Notes under the pieces: model-generated
Database searches by the model: none
What the model was told of the DNA's origin: nothing
What the model saw: the letters and a program-made list of their open reading frames with translations, nothing else
From: Owenia fusiformis
Taxonomy: Eukaryota
Assembly: GCA_903813345.2 (NCBI GenBank)
Contig: CAIIXF020000001.1
Span: forward strand, 1,240,001 to 1,304,000
Length of the DNA: 64,000 nucleotides
Direction: 5' to 3'
Shown: positions 45,741 to 60,576 of the stretch, one piece after another
Position numbering within the stretch: the stretch's first letter is position 1
Layout of the letters: each line of letters starts with the position of its first letter
Translations under genes and position numbers: made by a program

Positions 45741-48700
45741 CGAGTTAAAATAAAAAGATCAAATGGACTTTGATTATAATAAATTTCAGAAGCAGTAAAA
45801 CAAACCAATAGGATAGTTTCTAAATAGCAGAAAAATCAATGAAATCTCGTGCTGCCATCTTTTATTCAGCTTTTAACTCTGGCTAGAGCTCCATTCACTT
45901 ACATGCTAAAATCTTGGAAAAGTGGCTTAATTTCATGATTTATCAAAGTGTGTTTGTTGAATCTGTATAAAACTTGAATGATATACCACATGATGACCCT
46001 GTTTATGAACATGTTGTGATTAAACATGCTAATGTTGATTGACATACAAATAATCCACGGTTTTAAAGAATTTTAGCATTGCATCTATGGACATTTGGCC
46101 CAACTTTTTTTAAATTGTCATAGAAAATTATTCAAATTACATAACTGTGTAAATCAAAGCTATTTTAGGAGAAAACATTCCACTGAATTCAAATATACCA
46201 TTTAAAAGAAGGTAATGTAAGTCATTAGAGGTCTAATATGCAAGTCTCTTAAAATCTCACGAAAAACGAGATTTAGCGAGATTTCAAAAGCTATATGGAA
46301 ACTATACTATTTAGGTGAAAAGAAGCCAAGATTGAGAGCAACAGCAACAGTGGAATAAAGTATAGTATTTCACTTATGACGCATGCCTAAAATCAAGCCC
46401 AGATATAGGAGTCCAAAGGACACACGTTCAATTGCTCTTTGTATTCCGTAACCATTATTTTTCGAAAAGAAAAATAGCGATACCTCAGGAAATAAACAAC
46501 CTTTGGCTGCGAAGATACAATACATACATACTGTCCCGCTGTATGTTGTCCCTGCGATTGAAATTCATGAGATTTAATATTAAACAATGCAATGATTCAA
46601 TTTCAAAATGCATTAAGGTTTTTATGAGTGACAAGTGATGTTCAAGCATATGATGTTAAAGATAAGGTAAATGTGATTTTGAACTCTTTTTGAGTGTTTT
46701 TTATTTTATTATAAAAGTGTTGTTGTTGTGGTGGTGGTGGTTAATATGTGGCCATGGAGTGTTAGCGTCTAGCCTCTTTGATCATTCGGCGTCTACGGGC
46801 TGTACCTTACGTTTTGTTAAGTTAGAGAGATCTTTACCAGCTTGACGAAGATGACTTTTTAAAATCTCGTTAAAGTGTGCGCCCGATCTGGCTACGTATA
46901 TAACAGAGTTTATACTGGCGGATTAGACTAGTTCATTTTTTATATGTGTGTGAAAGCTTTCTCTTATTTGCGTTTTTTTCGTTTAGTACGGTTTTGTTAT
47001 AATTGCCGAGGTCATATAACCGGGATAAAACAAAGATTATCGTTGACTGCGCACACACAAAACATTTACGTCGAGTGAACAGTGTTATTAAAAACAACAA
47101 GCTTTAGAATACAAAGCCCAGTAGTGTGATAATAAGCTGTACACTACCACTGCTGCATGTACATATTAGGGTTCATAAAGAGTGGATAGGGAGGTTGTGT
47201 TTGTCACTTTTAAATTTTACATTTCAAAATTGCCATTTTACATGTCATAATTTCTTGGTTTCATTCGTTTAGCCAATCAAAACATTGTAAAACAATAAAT
47301 CGTCTGTTACGTATAATCAATTTTGTTCAGTTTTGATTAGTTGTCATAATGAAGTTACGTTCATCTGAATCCATGTTTCAAAACAAAAATCATATTTTCT
47401 TCAACTCAAAATACTTCAGTGAGATGAATGATCGGAATTGTCGTTTGCAATAACTTATTGTCGTATTCGTTCTTTTATCTACTCGATAGAAGCATTTAGT
47501 CGTACATTTGATGCCAGGTCACCTTCTCGCGTACCTCTTTGGGAGCCCCACATTTGTGTCTGTACTCATGGAAGTAAATTCCCCGGTGTAGCCGAGAGCC
47601 ACAAACTTTCAACAGGTTCGAAATGGCCAATTTCTCTCATATATACTCATATTTTATTGATTATCACCTACAAAGTATTGCTAATAACTATATGTAATTT
47701 TAATAAGGAAACTTATCTGGCTACATGTAAATGCAATATCAACACTAGATGTTCGCTCAACACGTCATGACTTACCTTGTGATGACAAACCCTGGGTTTT
47801 CGCTATTTATAGTTTATCAACACCTGGACGCATGCGCATTTTATAGTTTATCAGGCACTTTAATGATATATCTGGAAAGTGCTCAATACTTTCAATAGTT
47901 CAGTCAAATTGAAGTAATACTGTAATTATTCAGTTTCAATTTCGAATGCATCTGACCATCTTGCCCATTAGTGTTATGAAAATACGTTGGCTGCATTAGG
48001 GTTAACTGTAAATTCAATGGGACAACGTACATTCGAGTTGACAATGTACACTTATAATTTTTAAATTATAGCCAAAACGAAACGTTAATATTAAATCTTC
48101 AATCGACCTTTATTGTGTAGTAGTGTGTAACATATTCTCATAAAATCCAGTCTCCAAGTCCATAGGCGTTTCAGAGGGTCAAAATCCATTCACAAAGCCG
48201 TCGCCATAATCCATAAAACATAATAATTCACAATGGTCATCAGGAGAAAACTAATGGCTGCTATGAAGTTGATTAAACCACTTTTTGGTTTTGAACTTTT
48301 TTAAACCACGCTTTACGGAGAAAAATGACCTTATTTAACAAGAAAATCATGTTGTAAGTTGCACTATTTTATTGAGCATTTGTATCCATATATCAAATGT
48401 CCAAGCCATTATTTTTACATTAATATTCAAGTTTAAAATCCAGAAATTCAGCTCCCAAATTGATACAAACATAGATGTATTATGAATATTGTTTGTGCTT
48501 ATGTCAATTTGGAACATGGTACGAAACTCAATAGTCTCTAATAATGGATAATTAACCAGGAAGTCAAAGGTCACACAATTTGGTTGAGCATTTTAGTTTG
48601 TTGATACTGGGAATGCATGTTTTCTCTATAAAATGAGTACTTCCATTACAGATCCACAGTTTTTAATTTGCAAATAGTTGATAGGTATGCGAGTGCATAC

Positions 48701-48748
48701 TCATTCTATGATACAATCAAGCCACCCTATAATACTGTTGCAAGTACA

Positions 48749-51700
48749 TCACCCTATTCTTGTTGATTTAAATCTCAGTATGAGATATGCAGTAGTCCTG
48801 CTCACTAGTAGAAAAACAAACAGAGCTAGATGCATCGCCCAAAGAGGCCAACCTATACTGATAGACTGCAGATACTCCGATTGGTCTATGCTAGTCACAT
48901 TCGGGTTAAGGCACTCTGGAAATGAAGTCAGATTTCCTCCCACACACCTAAAAACGTATGACTTAATGTTTTAAAATGGAATAGAAGGAGATTCGTCAAA
49001 ACTGAACGAAATATATACCAAATAAATTGAAATTGCCCAGTTAGATTGAGTAATTCAAGGTGGCTCTGAAGTATATAATATAAATACAAAGACATTATAC
49101 TAATTTCCCTTCCATACCCATTACCAAAGACTGGAGGTTTCAAATAAAAAGCAGAGAGATGAATGACAATAAGTGAAGGCTGTTGTCTATACCAATACCA
49201 ACAGATGAACAGAGAAATAATTATTACACAAACCACTTAAGTGATATAGATGTTATGTGTTAAGGGTTACAGGGGCGGATCTGGGAACCAACAGGAGGGG
49301 GCAAATTTCAGGTCAGAGAAAAAAACTTGGCCTGAAATTCAAAAATAAGGCCTTTAAAGGCCCAGTAAAGGCCCCTAGATCCCCCCAGATCCGCCGGTGG
49401 GTTATATATGTGGCCCTCTCATGACGCGACAATCTTGGGCAACTTACAACACTGGAGGAGCATTCGTGAACTCATAAGTAATCTGGATGTTGTAGACGTA
49501 GAGCACAACTGAGAGATACTTGATCCAACCGATCCAGTAAGGAAGGTTCACTGTGTAGAAACCACCTGAAGTACATGTACATTTGACAATATTAGAGTTC
49601 ATCATTGTGGGATCCACAGCCTTTACTATCCTTTTGGAATAGTTCAGCTCTCAAAAGCGTTAGGTAAAGAGGGACTCTGATAAATCAGAATGAGAGTTCA
49701 TCAATGGGTAAAGGTGAATACTTAATGCAAGGTGCATGCAAATTCATTTACTTTTTAGGTTCATTAATTGTTAAGTTCATTACTTGCCTGCTAGAACATT
49801 GAACAGCATAAACATAGTTCCAGCAACAAATGACATCTTAAAGATTTTGAATGATGCTCCAAATATAAGACCAAATCCCTAAAATAAATAATCAATTATT
49901 ATAAGATTTTTCTTTGAAATGCTGGAAAACTGAAAAATATGTTCTGTCAACTTGGCAAAAGCAGGCTATGGGTCTGTAATGAGTACTGAGTTGTCATGAT
50001 TTACATCACCTCATAGAGGGGACAATTCATAATGACTGACTCCTATGCTCAGATATCAAAACAGGGACAAGTCCTTAAGGTCTAATTATCCCCAGGGGGT
50101 GTAGCATATGGGAACAAGTCCTTAGTCATTAGGGATCATTACGAGGTGATGCACATAGGACATGTTTGTACATGTACAAAATTATCATGTTATGTAAAAA
50201 GAAAACACTTATGTTTGTTCCATCTAATATCAGAGATAATTTAACATTACAGTGAGGAACATCTCAGTCATTCTTTAAATTGGTATACTGTATTTCCTAA
50301 TTAATCTTACTATTCAATGTATTAAGAAACGCACTGTTCAATGTATAAAATAGACGAGCAATAATCAGTATGAAATATCATATGGGTCAACATAATAAAA
50401 TGAACCACCTGAGCTGTTATTGCCCCAAGAATGATAACTGCTAAATCACCAAAGTACGCCGTAACACCATTTAGTCCAGCCACCCAGAACACAATTGACA
50501 CAAACACCAAAGGCTGAGCAATTATTAGTGGAATCTCACTACTCATTTTTGCAAAGAAGTACGCCGAGAGCCTGTAAGCTCCACTGGATCTTTCCTTGTT
50601 CACAACTGCTCGGTCCTCTGGAACTGGAAAAAATTATTTGTTTATTGTTTATATACGGTATTTGAACAAAAATGGAATGTTAATATCATTTTGAAAGATT
50701 AAGAGCCATTTGTAATTGAGTTTTTAGTGTACTTACACGCAGTAATTGCATCAATGATTGAAAAGAAACCAAAGTAGATCGATGTGAAGAAAATCTGGAA
50801 GAAAGAACACATAGGTATTTTATAATATGTTTAATGAGATATTCACACAAAGCTACAGGTTGATCACTAAATAAGGTAAAAGTATCTGGCATTTCTTCAG
50901 ATTTTGCCCAATCCTCATAAAATGTGTACAGAATAATGTTCAAACATTATTGAATTGATATATATCCATAGCAACAGAAAGCATGAAGACCCGGGGCAAC
51001 TAACAAAAAACAACATTTTCAGTCGAAGCACTTTTGATAATATATTTCAAGTCACAATTGAAATGACATATCATATTCTTTTATTTTATTTTATATTATT
51101 TTATACTTCATAACTACTCCAATTAATGTCCTTTGTTTTTAACATATACATGAAGTTCAAGTCTTCTACTCCAGTCTTTGAACCCCCTTTTCATAGCCTG
51201 CAAATTTTCAAGTCTTCCCATGAGAAACTCCCTCAACTCCCTCTTCAGCTCCCCATGAAGGTAAAATCATAAGGGGACAACTCAGGAGAGTATAGTACAT
51301 GGCCTAACAGTGGGAAACACAGTGTTTCACTTTGGTTTGTACCATGAGAATAGCATTGTGAGACGGAGCATTATCCCAGTGCAATGTGAAACGTTTTGCG
51401 GGCCTCTTAGCTTCTTCCTCTTTGCTCTGTGGGTATTGTTTTTTATCATTGACCTGTGTCATAGACTTTCTATGATCACCTCAGTTTTCATTATATATTC
51501 ATCTTTTCCGTGACATCAAACATCATTTGCAAAAAATATGTAACAATGGAAACAAAGTATTAAAACCATAAGTACTAGCACCCACTTTTATTTCTTTTCA
51601 GTTTTAAAAAAATGAAAGTATATTCTTTAAGTTATTTCGTATCTTTTAGGTGATTTCGTAGAAAATGTTTTGCAAGAATTTAAATCCAAAATTCAATGCA

Positions 51701-54700
51701 TTGTGTCTGATCTATCTCATTCGGACGTTGTTAAACTTATCACTCGATTCTGCGAATCATGAGCGAAGGTTGAAACAACACATTTTGAGGAGTGATTAGT
51801 CCACAATGCACTGAGTCCAGGGCTTGAATCCTTAAAATTACCGAACTTATGATATTTTGTCACAATTCTGTTACTCGGGGATACTTGTAATTTCACCATA
51901 AATAATGGGGTTTTGAATTGCATCAATATACATCGACACATGGCTTGACCAAATACGCCTGGGCATGAGATATTTTTAAATGCCCTTTGAAGATGCAAAT
52001 AATTAACACTTACTAGACCAATCCGATCTTTTAATGTAGCCTCAGTACGTGGCATTTGAAACCAGAATAAACTGGTGAGAAGAGCAAGGAACATCGTTTG
52101 GATAATATTGAACTTGGAAAGAATTCTGTCTTTGGCCTGGAAGAGATTGCGTCGTGTTAATACACTGTATTGGGTCCACCATGACGTCACCCACTTCTCA
52201 TTGTCATTCAACATTGAATTTGCATCATCATATTGTTCTTGCGTCTTGTCATCTGAAATATATGTGGACGAACTGGAATCAAGGGATTTCATAAATATGT
52301 AGGCACAAATGCCAAAGTGAAAGGGGCCAAAACAGAACATATCAAGAAAAATAAACCATCTAAGAGCACACCAACAAACCTCAGATATCCCAAACCATGA
52401 TCTAGCCGACGCAATAATCCATAAAATACAATATTTCACAACTTCATCAGGAGAAACTATGGCTGGTTTCGATCCCTATCCAAATCTTCAAAATGGATAA
52501 TGTATGGTAACCATAATTTTGAATTAAATTCCATTCTCATAAAACTTACTTTGAATTTGCCAAATACAATCACCGCTAATTTTAACATTTTCTTTTATTG
52601 TTGTTTGGGTCAGACAAAGACATAGTTACACACAGCAGTTTTTCAAGAAACTATTAGCCCGACTTTCGTTTGTGACAGATTCCTCACTATTTTCATCGTT
52701 CTCCAAAATAAACACTTTGAGAGTAAAAACCATCGGTCCAATTATCGTTTATTTTCACTGTTCTTAAGTGTGACTGGTGAAAATAAGATACTTATGTACA
52801 TCCTTTGCCACCCAAGATTGTGATTATTGATCTGCTTACCAAATTCAGTAACTGGAACTGCCAATGCTTTGCCAGATGTTGAATCTTTTATAGTGTCCTT
52901 CTCAGTTGTAGCCTCCATCGTAAGTTTGACTTCATCGATGTTATATGCTTCATTGATTTTTCCACTTGTCATCTTATCACAAATGGCCAGCTGTTTTGTT
53001 TTGTAGTCATGGTGGAGCTCTACGGGCCAGTCTTCTGAATCCCTGGAATAAAACGCAATATTATGGTGTAATATTCAGAATGTGTAATGGTGAAACAGTG
53101 TTGTTTCATTTCCTCATTTAAAACAATTGCAAATAAATAAAGAAATTGACTCCTGATAACAACCTAACTTTTGTTAGAATAGCATTTAACAAATAAAAAC
53201 AATGTAGAGCTTTGTAATAGGGTCAATCAGTGATGAAAATACCACTTCATGTCGTAGGATTGCGATGCACTTGTCTCGATGATTTTTAGATGGCATGGCC
53301 TGTTGTCTGGCGAAGCCTATTGTGTTCGTCAACAAGACAACAAGTTAAACAAGTCAACAAGTTAAAATGTAGAAATTACCTTAATTTGTTGGCAGCTTCA
53401 AGGATTGCATCTTGAACGTCCTTCTCCTCGTTAACCTTTTCTACTGGAAGAATAATGTCCGAGGTGTTGGATGCAGAACAACTAATGGACTAGAAAGATA
53501 TAAAGCCTCTTACACATAGTGTAAATAAATTGAATTGAACAAAGTGATATGGTATATTTACTAGGTAATTCTAATACCAATACATGTCTATATATCTCTT
53601 AATCACAATATTCCTTCATTTTCTCTCAAAAATACTTACAAATAAAGTCTGCAGGGTTGTAGTTCATAGAGCATTCTAGACCCACAGAGGAGAAAAAGGA
53701 AAGAATTTTACTTCCTTCACCAAAGTAAGCAACCTAAAAAGTGATTACAGTGGATCTTATTTCAAGTTGTGTTAAGGGATTATCCATTATATTTAGGATA
53801 TGCTCATAATATAGAGGTTTTGGTTGCATATGGTCCGTTTGGGCATCTCTTAAATGAAGTGTTCATGTATTGAAGTTTTGAAAAATTAAGGCCCATTTTT
53901 GATAAATTGACTAAAAAGTCCTTTAAAGGCCTGATCATGCCCAAAAAGGCCCATTTTTTATGGCCCTCCAAAACTTTTGGACCCAAAAACTAATTTTTTC
54001 TGGGCCCACTAAAGGGGGCCCCCCGGATCCGCCACTGGATTTAATTGTACTAACATACTCATTTTGCTGTCAATAAGCAGATTCATGATATTATTATGTG
54101 TCATATGTAAATCTGAGCCGGTTTCACAAATTATACAAGATTCAAAATGACGCATTAATATTCTTGTGAGAAAGTTACAATTTGTCGATTACTTAACATT
54201 CATGGTACTCAATCAACACTGATAAACCCATCGAACACAATCATAAACCATGATTGTTATCTTGAGCACTCCAAACAGTCATCCTAGGACAGTAATATGA
54301 ACTTATTCAACTTGCAAACTTTGAAAATATTGTACTTTACGTAAGACTGGATAAGTCTGATGTATGATTGATGTTATAGTTTTGTAACTCACTTGTCCTT
54401 CTGTCATAAGGAGTACCCTATCAAAGAGATGGTATATCTGGCTGGAGGGCTGGTGTATTGTTGTCATTACTGTCTTGTTGTTCACCTGCGTGTAACTCTT
54501 CATGATCTTCATCAGATTGCAGGCTGTGTTGGAGTCCAAGCCAGAGGTTGGTTCCTGATTACACATAAAACAATAGCAAGCGTTTTAAGAAAGATACAGC
54601 TACCTCTTAAAGGCCCCATATAAAGTTTAAACCACTTTGGCTTATATTGTAGTCTTACCCAATGTTATCAAAGTGTGATATGTGAAACTTTTTTTTTAAA

Positions 54701-57700
54701 TTTCAAAATGTGGTTTTTGATAGACTTTTTGTTCCAAAATTTGTGAATTTATTTAAAACCAACTTTTAGAGGTCACTCATATCTTCTAATTAGCCACAAT
54801 TCATACCAATGCATAGCATTCATCCTCCCATGTTTTTTGCCGAAAAAATTTAGAAAATCGGTTCATAAATAAGCGAGAAATGAACTAATCAGTGCATGAA
54901 AATGGTTCTGAGAAAAATGCATTTCAAAATTTTAGTTCTCATAGAAACCAATGGTACAATGATACCTAAAACATAATTTATTCTATCTTTTGACCTGGTT
55001 AGACAATCAACTTTGTTTTTTTATGAAAGTCTAACATATTAAGAAAAGATTGACATCGAAAAAAAAATTCTAATTTTTTTCAAAAAGTTTTTGGTACCTT
55101 AGTGACATCACTAATGTTTCAAAATATTTTTGATATGCTAAAACTTTGAAGTGGCCCATTAAATATGGCATTTTATTATTGAAATAGTGTGTCCTTTGTG
55201 CAATCTTAGCATTGGTGTTAAAAAGATAATCTTTTTCGAAATGCATTAAGAAATATTTGATGATTAAGAAATTTCAACTTTTTTGAAAAATGGCGGGAAA
55301 TTTGAATATTTAAGAAATGAAATGCTCACAACTTTTTTATCAAAATTTTTTTTTGTTCAAAAATCTCTAAAATTACTTTTTAAGTCCTGACAAATAGTAA
55401 ATGAATGATAAAAAAATATTTTCAAACTTTAGACGGGGACTTTAAACGGGTGGTTGTAATCACAAACAAAAATATAGTTGCAAGCAAACTTTCAACATAC
55501 CAATAGTTCACCTACAATCGGAAATTGAGTGGAAATAATTGTTTCAAAGTAATATTGGCAAATAACTTTAAGAATCTAATCATTTGTATGACATAAAATA
55601 GTAAGGCGATTGCATTCAATGTTGGGACACAAAATTATTGTATCATTTCTTAGTTACTTTAGATCAACTCTTCTCTACTCTTTCTGCCCCGTTGAAGGAA
55701 CATTTTGATAATAAAATTATTATTAAAGAGGCCCTCCTAGCTACTACTTCAATTCACCATTTCAGGTCATATAAACTCACATCTAGCAACATTAGCATTG
55801 GGTCTGTCAATATCTCATTGGCGATGTTTGCTCTCTTCTGCTCTCCTCCAGACAAGCCCCTTTGAAACACATCACCAATAACTACAAAATAAGAGGTCAC
55901 ATCTTATAACTATGCAGGTCACATGCTATTAACAACATTGCGTCATTAGATGGGGTATGATTTTGATGTTAAGGAAGGATCTGAATATGGAGTTATGTCG
56001 ATATCTTGAAATAAAATAGTGAAAGCTCTTACTTGTGTCCAAGCATTTCCTGAGGTCCAGTGCATCTACTATTTCCTCGACTCGTCGGATTTTTTCCTTC
56101 TTTGGCATTTTCTCAGGCAGACGCAGTAAAGCTGTGTACTGTAAAATGATAACGTCATGTACATTCGGTCAATTTTCGTGTTTTGAGAAAAGTGGTTTGT
56201 AAATCATGAAATAAACTTCCAGACCTCTCAACTTGAAGGCCTAATCCTCATAACATTCTCAAAACCCAAACGTTTCCAGGATCCATGAATTACAATCAAC
56301 TTCATATAAGCAAAGGTTATTTAGGTACAAGATGATCACAAAAGTAACACTTTTTGCCCACCTTGTACTGAAGTCCTATTCCGGATGACAGTTGCGAAAT
56401 GGATTCCAATATGAGTCTCATGAAGGTGTTGAAAATGTTATTAATCAAAACTTACAGTTAATGTTTGTCTGAGGGTCAGGTTGCTGTAGAAAATGTCCTG
56501 TTGAAGAACGTAACACATTTTCTTCCTCATGCGTTTGCTGATTGGTTGTCCACTGAGACTTATCTCCCCACTGTCTGCTACAATACGTCCAGCAACTACA
56601 TTAAGCAGCGTCGTTTTGCCAGAACCTAAAATACAGTAGCCATGATTAATTTATGAAGTCGAACGCACATCCCATCTTGCTTCATCAAGCTTCGGACCTA
56701 TCCTCAGACAGAACGTAGTGATCATCTCCCCAATGCATGACCTGCTGGGCTCTTGAGTTTTTTCTAATATGGATGTTGTTTTGCTCTTTGTTCTTTCCCC
56801 TTTTCATTTGAATAAATGATTTCAAGATTCTCATTTTCCAAATTCCAAGAACAGCCTTTATTACACGAGGAATTGAAAATCCCAAAAGATAATCGAATGT
56901 ATGAAGTACCACTGTCCGATTCGACTCCTCCTGATTACAACCAAAGGTTCAAGACAGGGTGCGAACCACTGATAATGTCATACTCTAGATGTTATTGGAA
57001 ATAGCCAGACAATGGTGAATACATGATTGGGGCATGTGATAAAACGATTTTGGGGAATTTCGGTTACTTATTTATATTTTGATATGACTCTCCGCATTCT
57101 AGTTGTACCTTAGTAAATATCAAAACAGGAATACAGTTTTAAGCTAAGAGAAAAAAAATCAAAAGCAATCGAAATCTTGATGATTATTGTCAATTGATTT
57201 ATTACCACTCGGTCCCATGACGGCCAACATATCACCCTGCTTTGCAATACCAGAAACATCCTTCAAAATACTTCTCTCTCCGATGTCATAATTGATGCCC
57301 TTAAACACCAGATCTATTCCTGGTTTCTTTCCTTCTCCATATTCTCTGAAACATTAAAACAGACTGTGTAAGTGAAGCGTTGAGATTAATTTAGATTTGC
57401 ATCGCTATCACAATTAAAACACACATAAAAATACGTTCTGCATTATTGTGCCATTCAGTGCCTTTTAATATTTGAAAGTGGACAAAGAAACTAGCTCCAG
57501 AATCCCAATTATGATCTTTGATCAAGGAGAGGGAATACCCCATAATTCATAGATTCACAATTTCCAAATGGTTTTCCCAAAATAGAAGACTGCAACAGCA
57601 AGCAGAGCCTTCGAAAAGTTTATATTCATTTTGCTAAACGACACTAAATATATTCAGATACAATAATGTTGTAGTCCTCTTCAAGAATGCTCACCTTTTC

Positions 57701-57726
57701 TTGGTTTTGTCTTTAAAACCAGCCAT
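48749..57726 (-). CDS. ABC transporter subfamily G half-transporter (NBD-TMD), 15 coding exons, 663 aa
   Basis: Exons (minus): 57726-57695, 57345-57206, 56625-56456, 56138-56033, 55881-55781, 54554-54393, 53733-53640, 53443-53380, 53042-52840, 52252-52014, 50794-50737, 50623-50409, 49878-49788, 49565-49448, 48947-48749. All phases are compatible (1992 nt). Walker A GPSGSGKTT, Q-loop YVLQQD, signature LSGGE, Walker B MLLDEPTSGLD, H-loop TIHQPS, NPADF, and ABC2 membrane domain ([17 protein letters not shown]). Confidence 0.93.
49270..49399. mobile_element. 130-bp MITE in an ABCG intron with a 5-bp TSD
   Basis: TIR caggggcggatctggg / cccagatccgccggtg; GGTTA on both sides. Confidence 0.8.
54611..55441. 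mobile_element. Kolobok-like non-autonomous transposon in an ABCG intron
   Basis: TTAA TSD at 54607-54610 and 55442-55445. TIR aggccccatataaagttt / aaactttagacggggact, starting with AG. Confidence 0.8.
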
Positions 57727-57871
57727 TGTTCAATGATTCCATGGATACGTAGAAAACAAACCTGTCGTTAAAGCTGAGCACAAGTGTTCTGTCTTTGTTT
57801 CAACTAACATGATACAGCATTAATGGATCTCCACTAGAGATTTATTTGATACGATTTCACAATTCAAGTAT

Positions 57872-58722
57872 CACCCTATGCAGACAGAGCCTGTGGGAAA
57901 TATTGGGTGCGGCGCAAATGAGCGGAGGGTGCGGAGCTAACGGTCATTCTTGAATTTAAAATTGGGATATTTCTGAAACTAAGCCGTTTTGGGACTTCAA
58001 ATATACCAAGATATGTGTATTTGACACCAAATATCAATAAAATTGTGAAAATAGTAGTGCAATTCATTTTATAGCGACGCAGTATGCCTTAAACATTTCC
58101 CAGATCTATATATTTTGAGACTATCCTTTTAATACTGCGTCCCCAGCATTTATAAAAAATGGTGTTCAAGATACATTACCCATGCAAATTATTTTTGCAT
58201 CTTGGAAGCCAGGCAGTATCTGTGTGATTTTATAAAAATTCGGAAATGTTCTTCAGATATGAGCCCCCTCTAAATATTGGGTGCGGAGGTACGTTTATGG
58301 AGCTGCTCCGCACCCAATATTTAGAGGGGGCTCATATCTGCAAATCATTTCCGAATTTTTATAAAATCACACAGATACTGCCTGGCTTCCAAGATGCAAA
58401 AATAATTTGTATAGATAGTGTACCTTGAACACCATTTTTTATGGATGCTGTGGACTCAGTATTAAAAGGATAATTTCAAAAGATATAGGTCTGAGAAAGG
58501 TTTAAGGCACACTGCGTCGCTATAGAATGAATTGCGCTACTATTTTCACAATTGTATTGATATTTGGTGTCAAATACACATATCTTGGTATATTTAAAGT
58601 CCCAAAACGGCTTAGTTTCAGAAATATCCCAAATTTAAATTCAAAAATGACCGTTAGCTCCGCACCCTCCGCTCATTTGCTCCGCACCCAATATTTCCCA
58701 CAGGCTCTGTCTGCATAGGGTG
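57872..58722. mobile_element. 851-bp fully palindromic foldback element, CAC...GTG, 5-bp TSD (Transib-like)
   Basis: caccctatgcagacagagcctgtgggaaatattgggtgcgg... is mirrored up to the centre at about 58297. AGTAT at 57867-57871 and 58723-58727. ORFs 57876-58067(-) and 58527-58718(+) are mirror images. Confidence 0.92.
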
Positions 58723-59221
58723 AGTATTGACAAACCATAAAAGTTTCACGTGTTGAATATGAGAACTTATCAGATGTCACAATAAACATTTATGATAACT
58801 TAAGTCCAATTAGGTATTAAGTTCACCAGGTATTACAATTTATTTCGTAATTTTCGTCTGAATTATTCTTTGAGGTCTTCAATCCCCATACATTACTTCT
58901 GAGGTAAAACAGACGTTTTGATACCCACTAGATGCTTAATCGTGTAACCAATTGTGATTTCAGTTGAATAAAACTCAACATTTGACCATAATTCAGCAAC
59001 GTGTAATGACAATCATAACTACAGAATGGACCAAAAGAACACCCCCTAGCCAATAATCCAAATGCTATGTATAACCAATTATTTGACATGGGGGTCAAAA
59101 ATACAACTTTTTAATTTTCATCGATTTTGCGAACAGTACTACCAAATTTTACTGTTCAGTTAAAAATTGCATCATTGTCATGAGCCTTCAGAAAATGAAT
59201 TTTTTTCAAATGTTTTTTTAT

Positions 59222-59458
59222 ATCCTTGGGGAGTCCTTTTTAACAGCAGCTCATTTCAGTAACATTCGGAGTCTATCTTTGCTCCTGGTTCAACAAAAAG
59301 AGGGTCGGTCTTTCCTTTTTGGAAACACTGAATGACATCACTACCTTTCAAGAAAAATGTCAGTTCGATTTAACTTTATCGCAAATATCACTCTTCTTGC
59401 TTACTAATATATCGAGTCTATCCTGTTGATTAAATGTATAGTATTTTGGAACATTTAG
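59222..59458 (-). pseudogene. Mariner-type transposase catalytic-domain relic
   Basis: Hand translation ...FNQQDRLDILVSKKSDICDKVKSN*HFS*KVVMSFSVSKK/GKTDPLFVEPGAKIDSECY*NELL, with stops and one frameshift. It resembles the N-x-QNDR...KVMVSAGVS...GKT..FVEPGVKI block of maT-like transposases (from memory). Confidence 0.7.
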
Positions 59459-59705
59459 AAAAGTTGGTTTATGAAGATCCCTAGCCTATAAGGAATGTAA
59501 ACAAACTGAAGGAACGAATAATTAGGAGTTGGATGGTACTTCCGCAGAGATCCATCAATTATGCCAATGGCTTAATTTCGCGTCTTATAAGAAAACCGGG
59601 TATAAAAGGAAGATGGAATAGCCAAGAACAGTCAATTATGTTTGATTTTGCCTATATCATGATTTCTGAGAAGTATCAAATACCCAAATTTGGTACAGAC
59701 ATGTA

Positions 59706-60576
59706 CAGTCCCCTCCATAAGTTTGGCAACCTTTTTCGCCCATTGAACTACGTGTTAAAGCCTCTTTACGGTAGAATTTTTATTTACTTAACCGGCGATG
59801 AAATAACGTATAATATTGATGGAAACGTAACTTGACTTTATTTCCAATACCTCCAATTTTTCTCAATTTTTTCCTCAATTACAATAGGTCGAAAACTGAT
59901 GATAACTTTGATGAATTTTTGAAAATCGTCATTCCCTTGTTATCCAATGGGAAATGGAGGGTTCGGGGCAAATCAGAAATCAGGATATCTTTTCAGTAAA
60001 AGATTCAGCAAAAAATATTTTTATATAGAAAATTGATTTGTCTTACTTTTTTGAACGCTAAGTGTTTAGTTTGTTTGATGAATATTAAAGTTACAGCGCT
60101 TCAAAGTCATTTTTGAAAATAATTTTTCGCCTCCTGTGTTATTTCAACGGGAGAGATTTTTTGAAAAACAATTTTGACTTTAAAGCCCTATAACTTTGTT
60201 GAACCTGAAGAAACATATCAATTTTTTGTTAAATAAAGTTAGCAAATTCAATTGCCTGCCTAACTCTTATTTTTTGCAAGGACTCGGATGGATATTCTGT
60301 CATCTGACTTGCGGCAAACCTACCATTTCTCATTGGTTAACATGGGAATGTCGATTTTCAAAAATTCATCAAATTTATCATCAATTTTCGACCTATTGTA
60401 ATAAAGGAAAAAAATTGAGAAAATTTGGAGGTATTGGAATTAAAGTCAAATTACGTTTTCATCAATAGTATAAGTATTTTCATCGCAGGTTAAGTAAACA
60501 AACATTCAAAGGTGAAGAGGCTTTAACACGTAGTTCAATGAGGGAAAAAAGGTTGCCAAACTTATGGAGGGGAGTG
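59706..60576. mobile_element. Tc1/mariner-type foldback MITE (TA TSD) nested in the mariner relic
   Basis: cagtcccctccataagtttggcaacc / ggttgccaaacttatggaggggagtg, TA flanks, inverted homology over more than 250 bp. Confidence 0.9.

Noticed and set aside
57876..58718. Two mirror-image 63-aa ORFs
   Set aside because: A by-product of the palindromic element.
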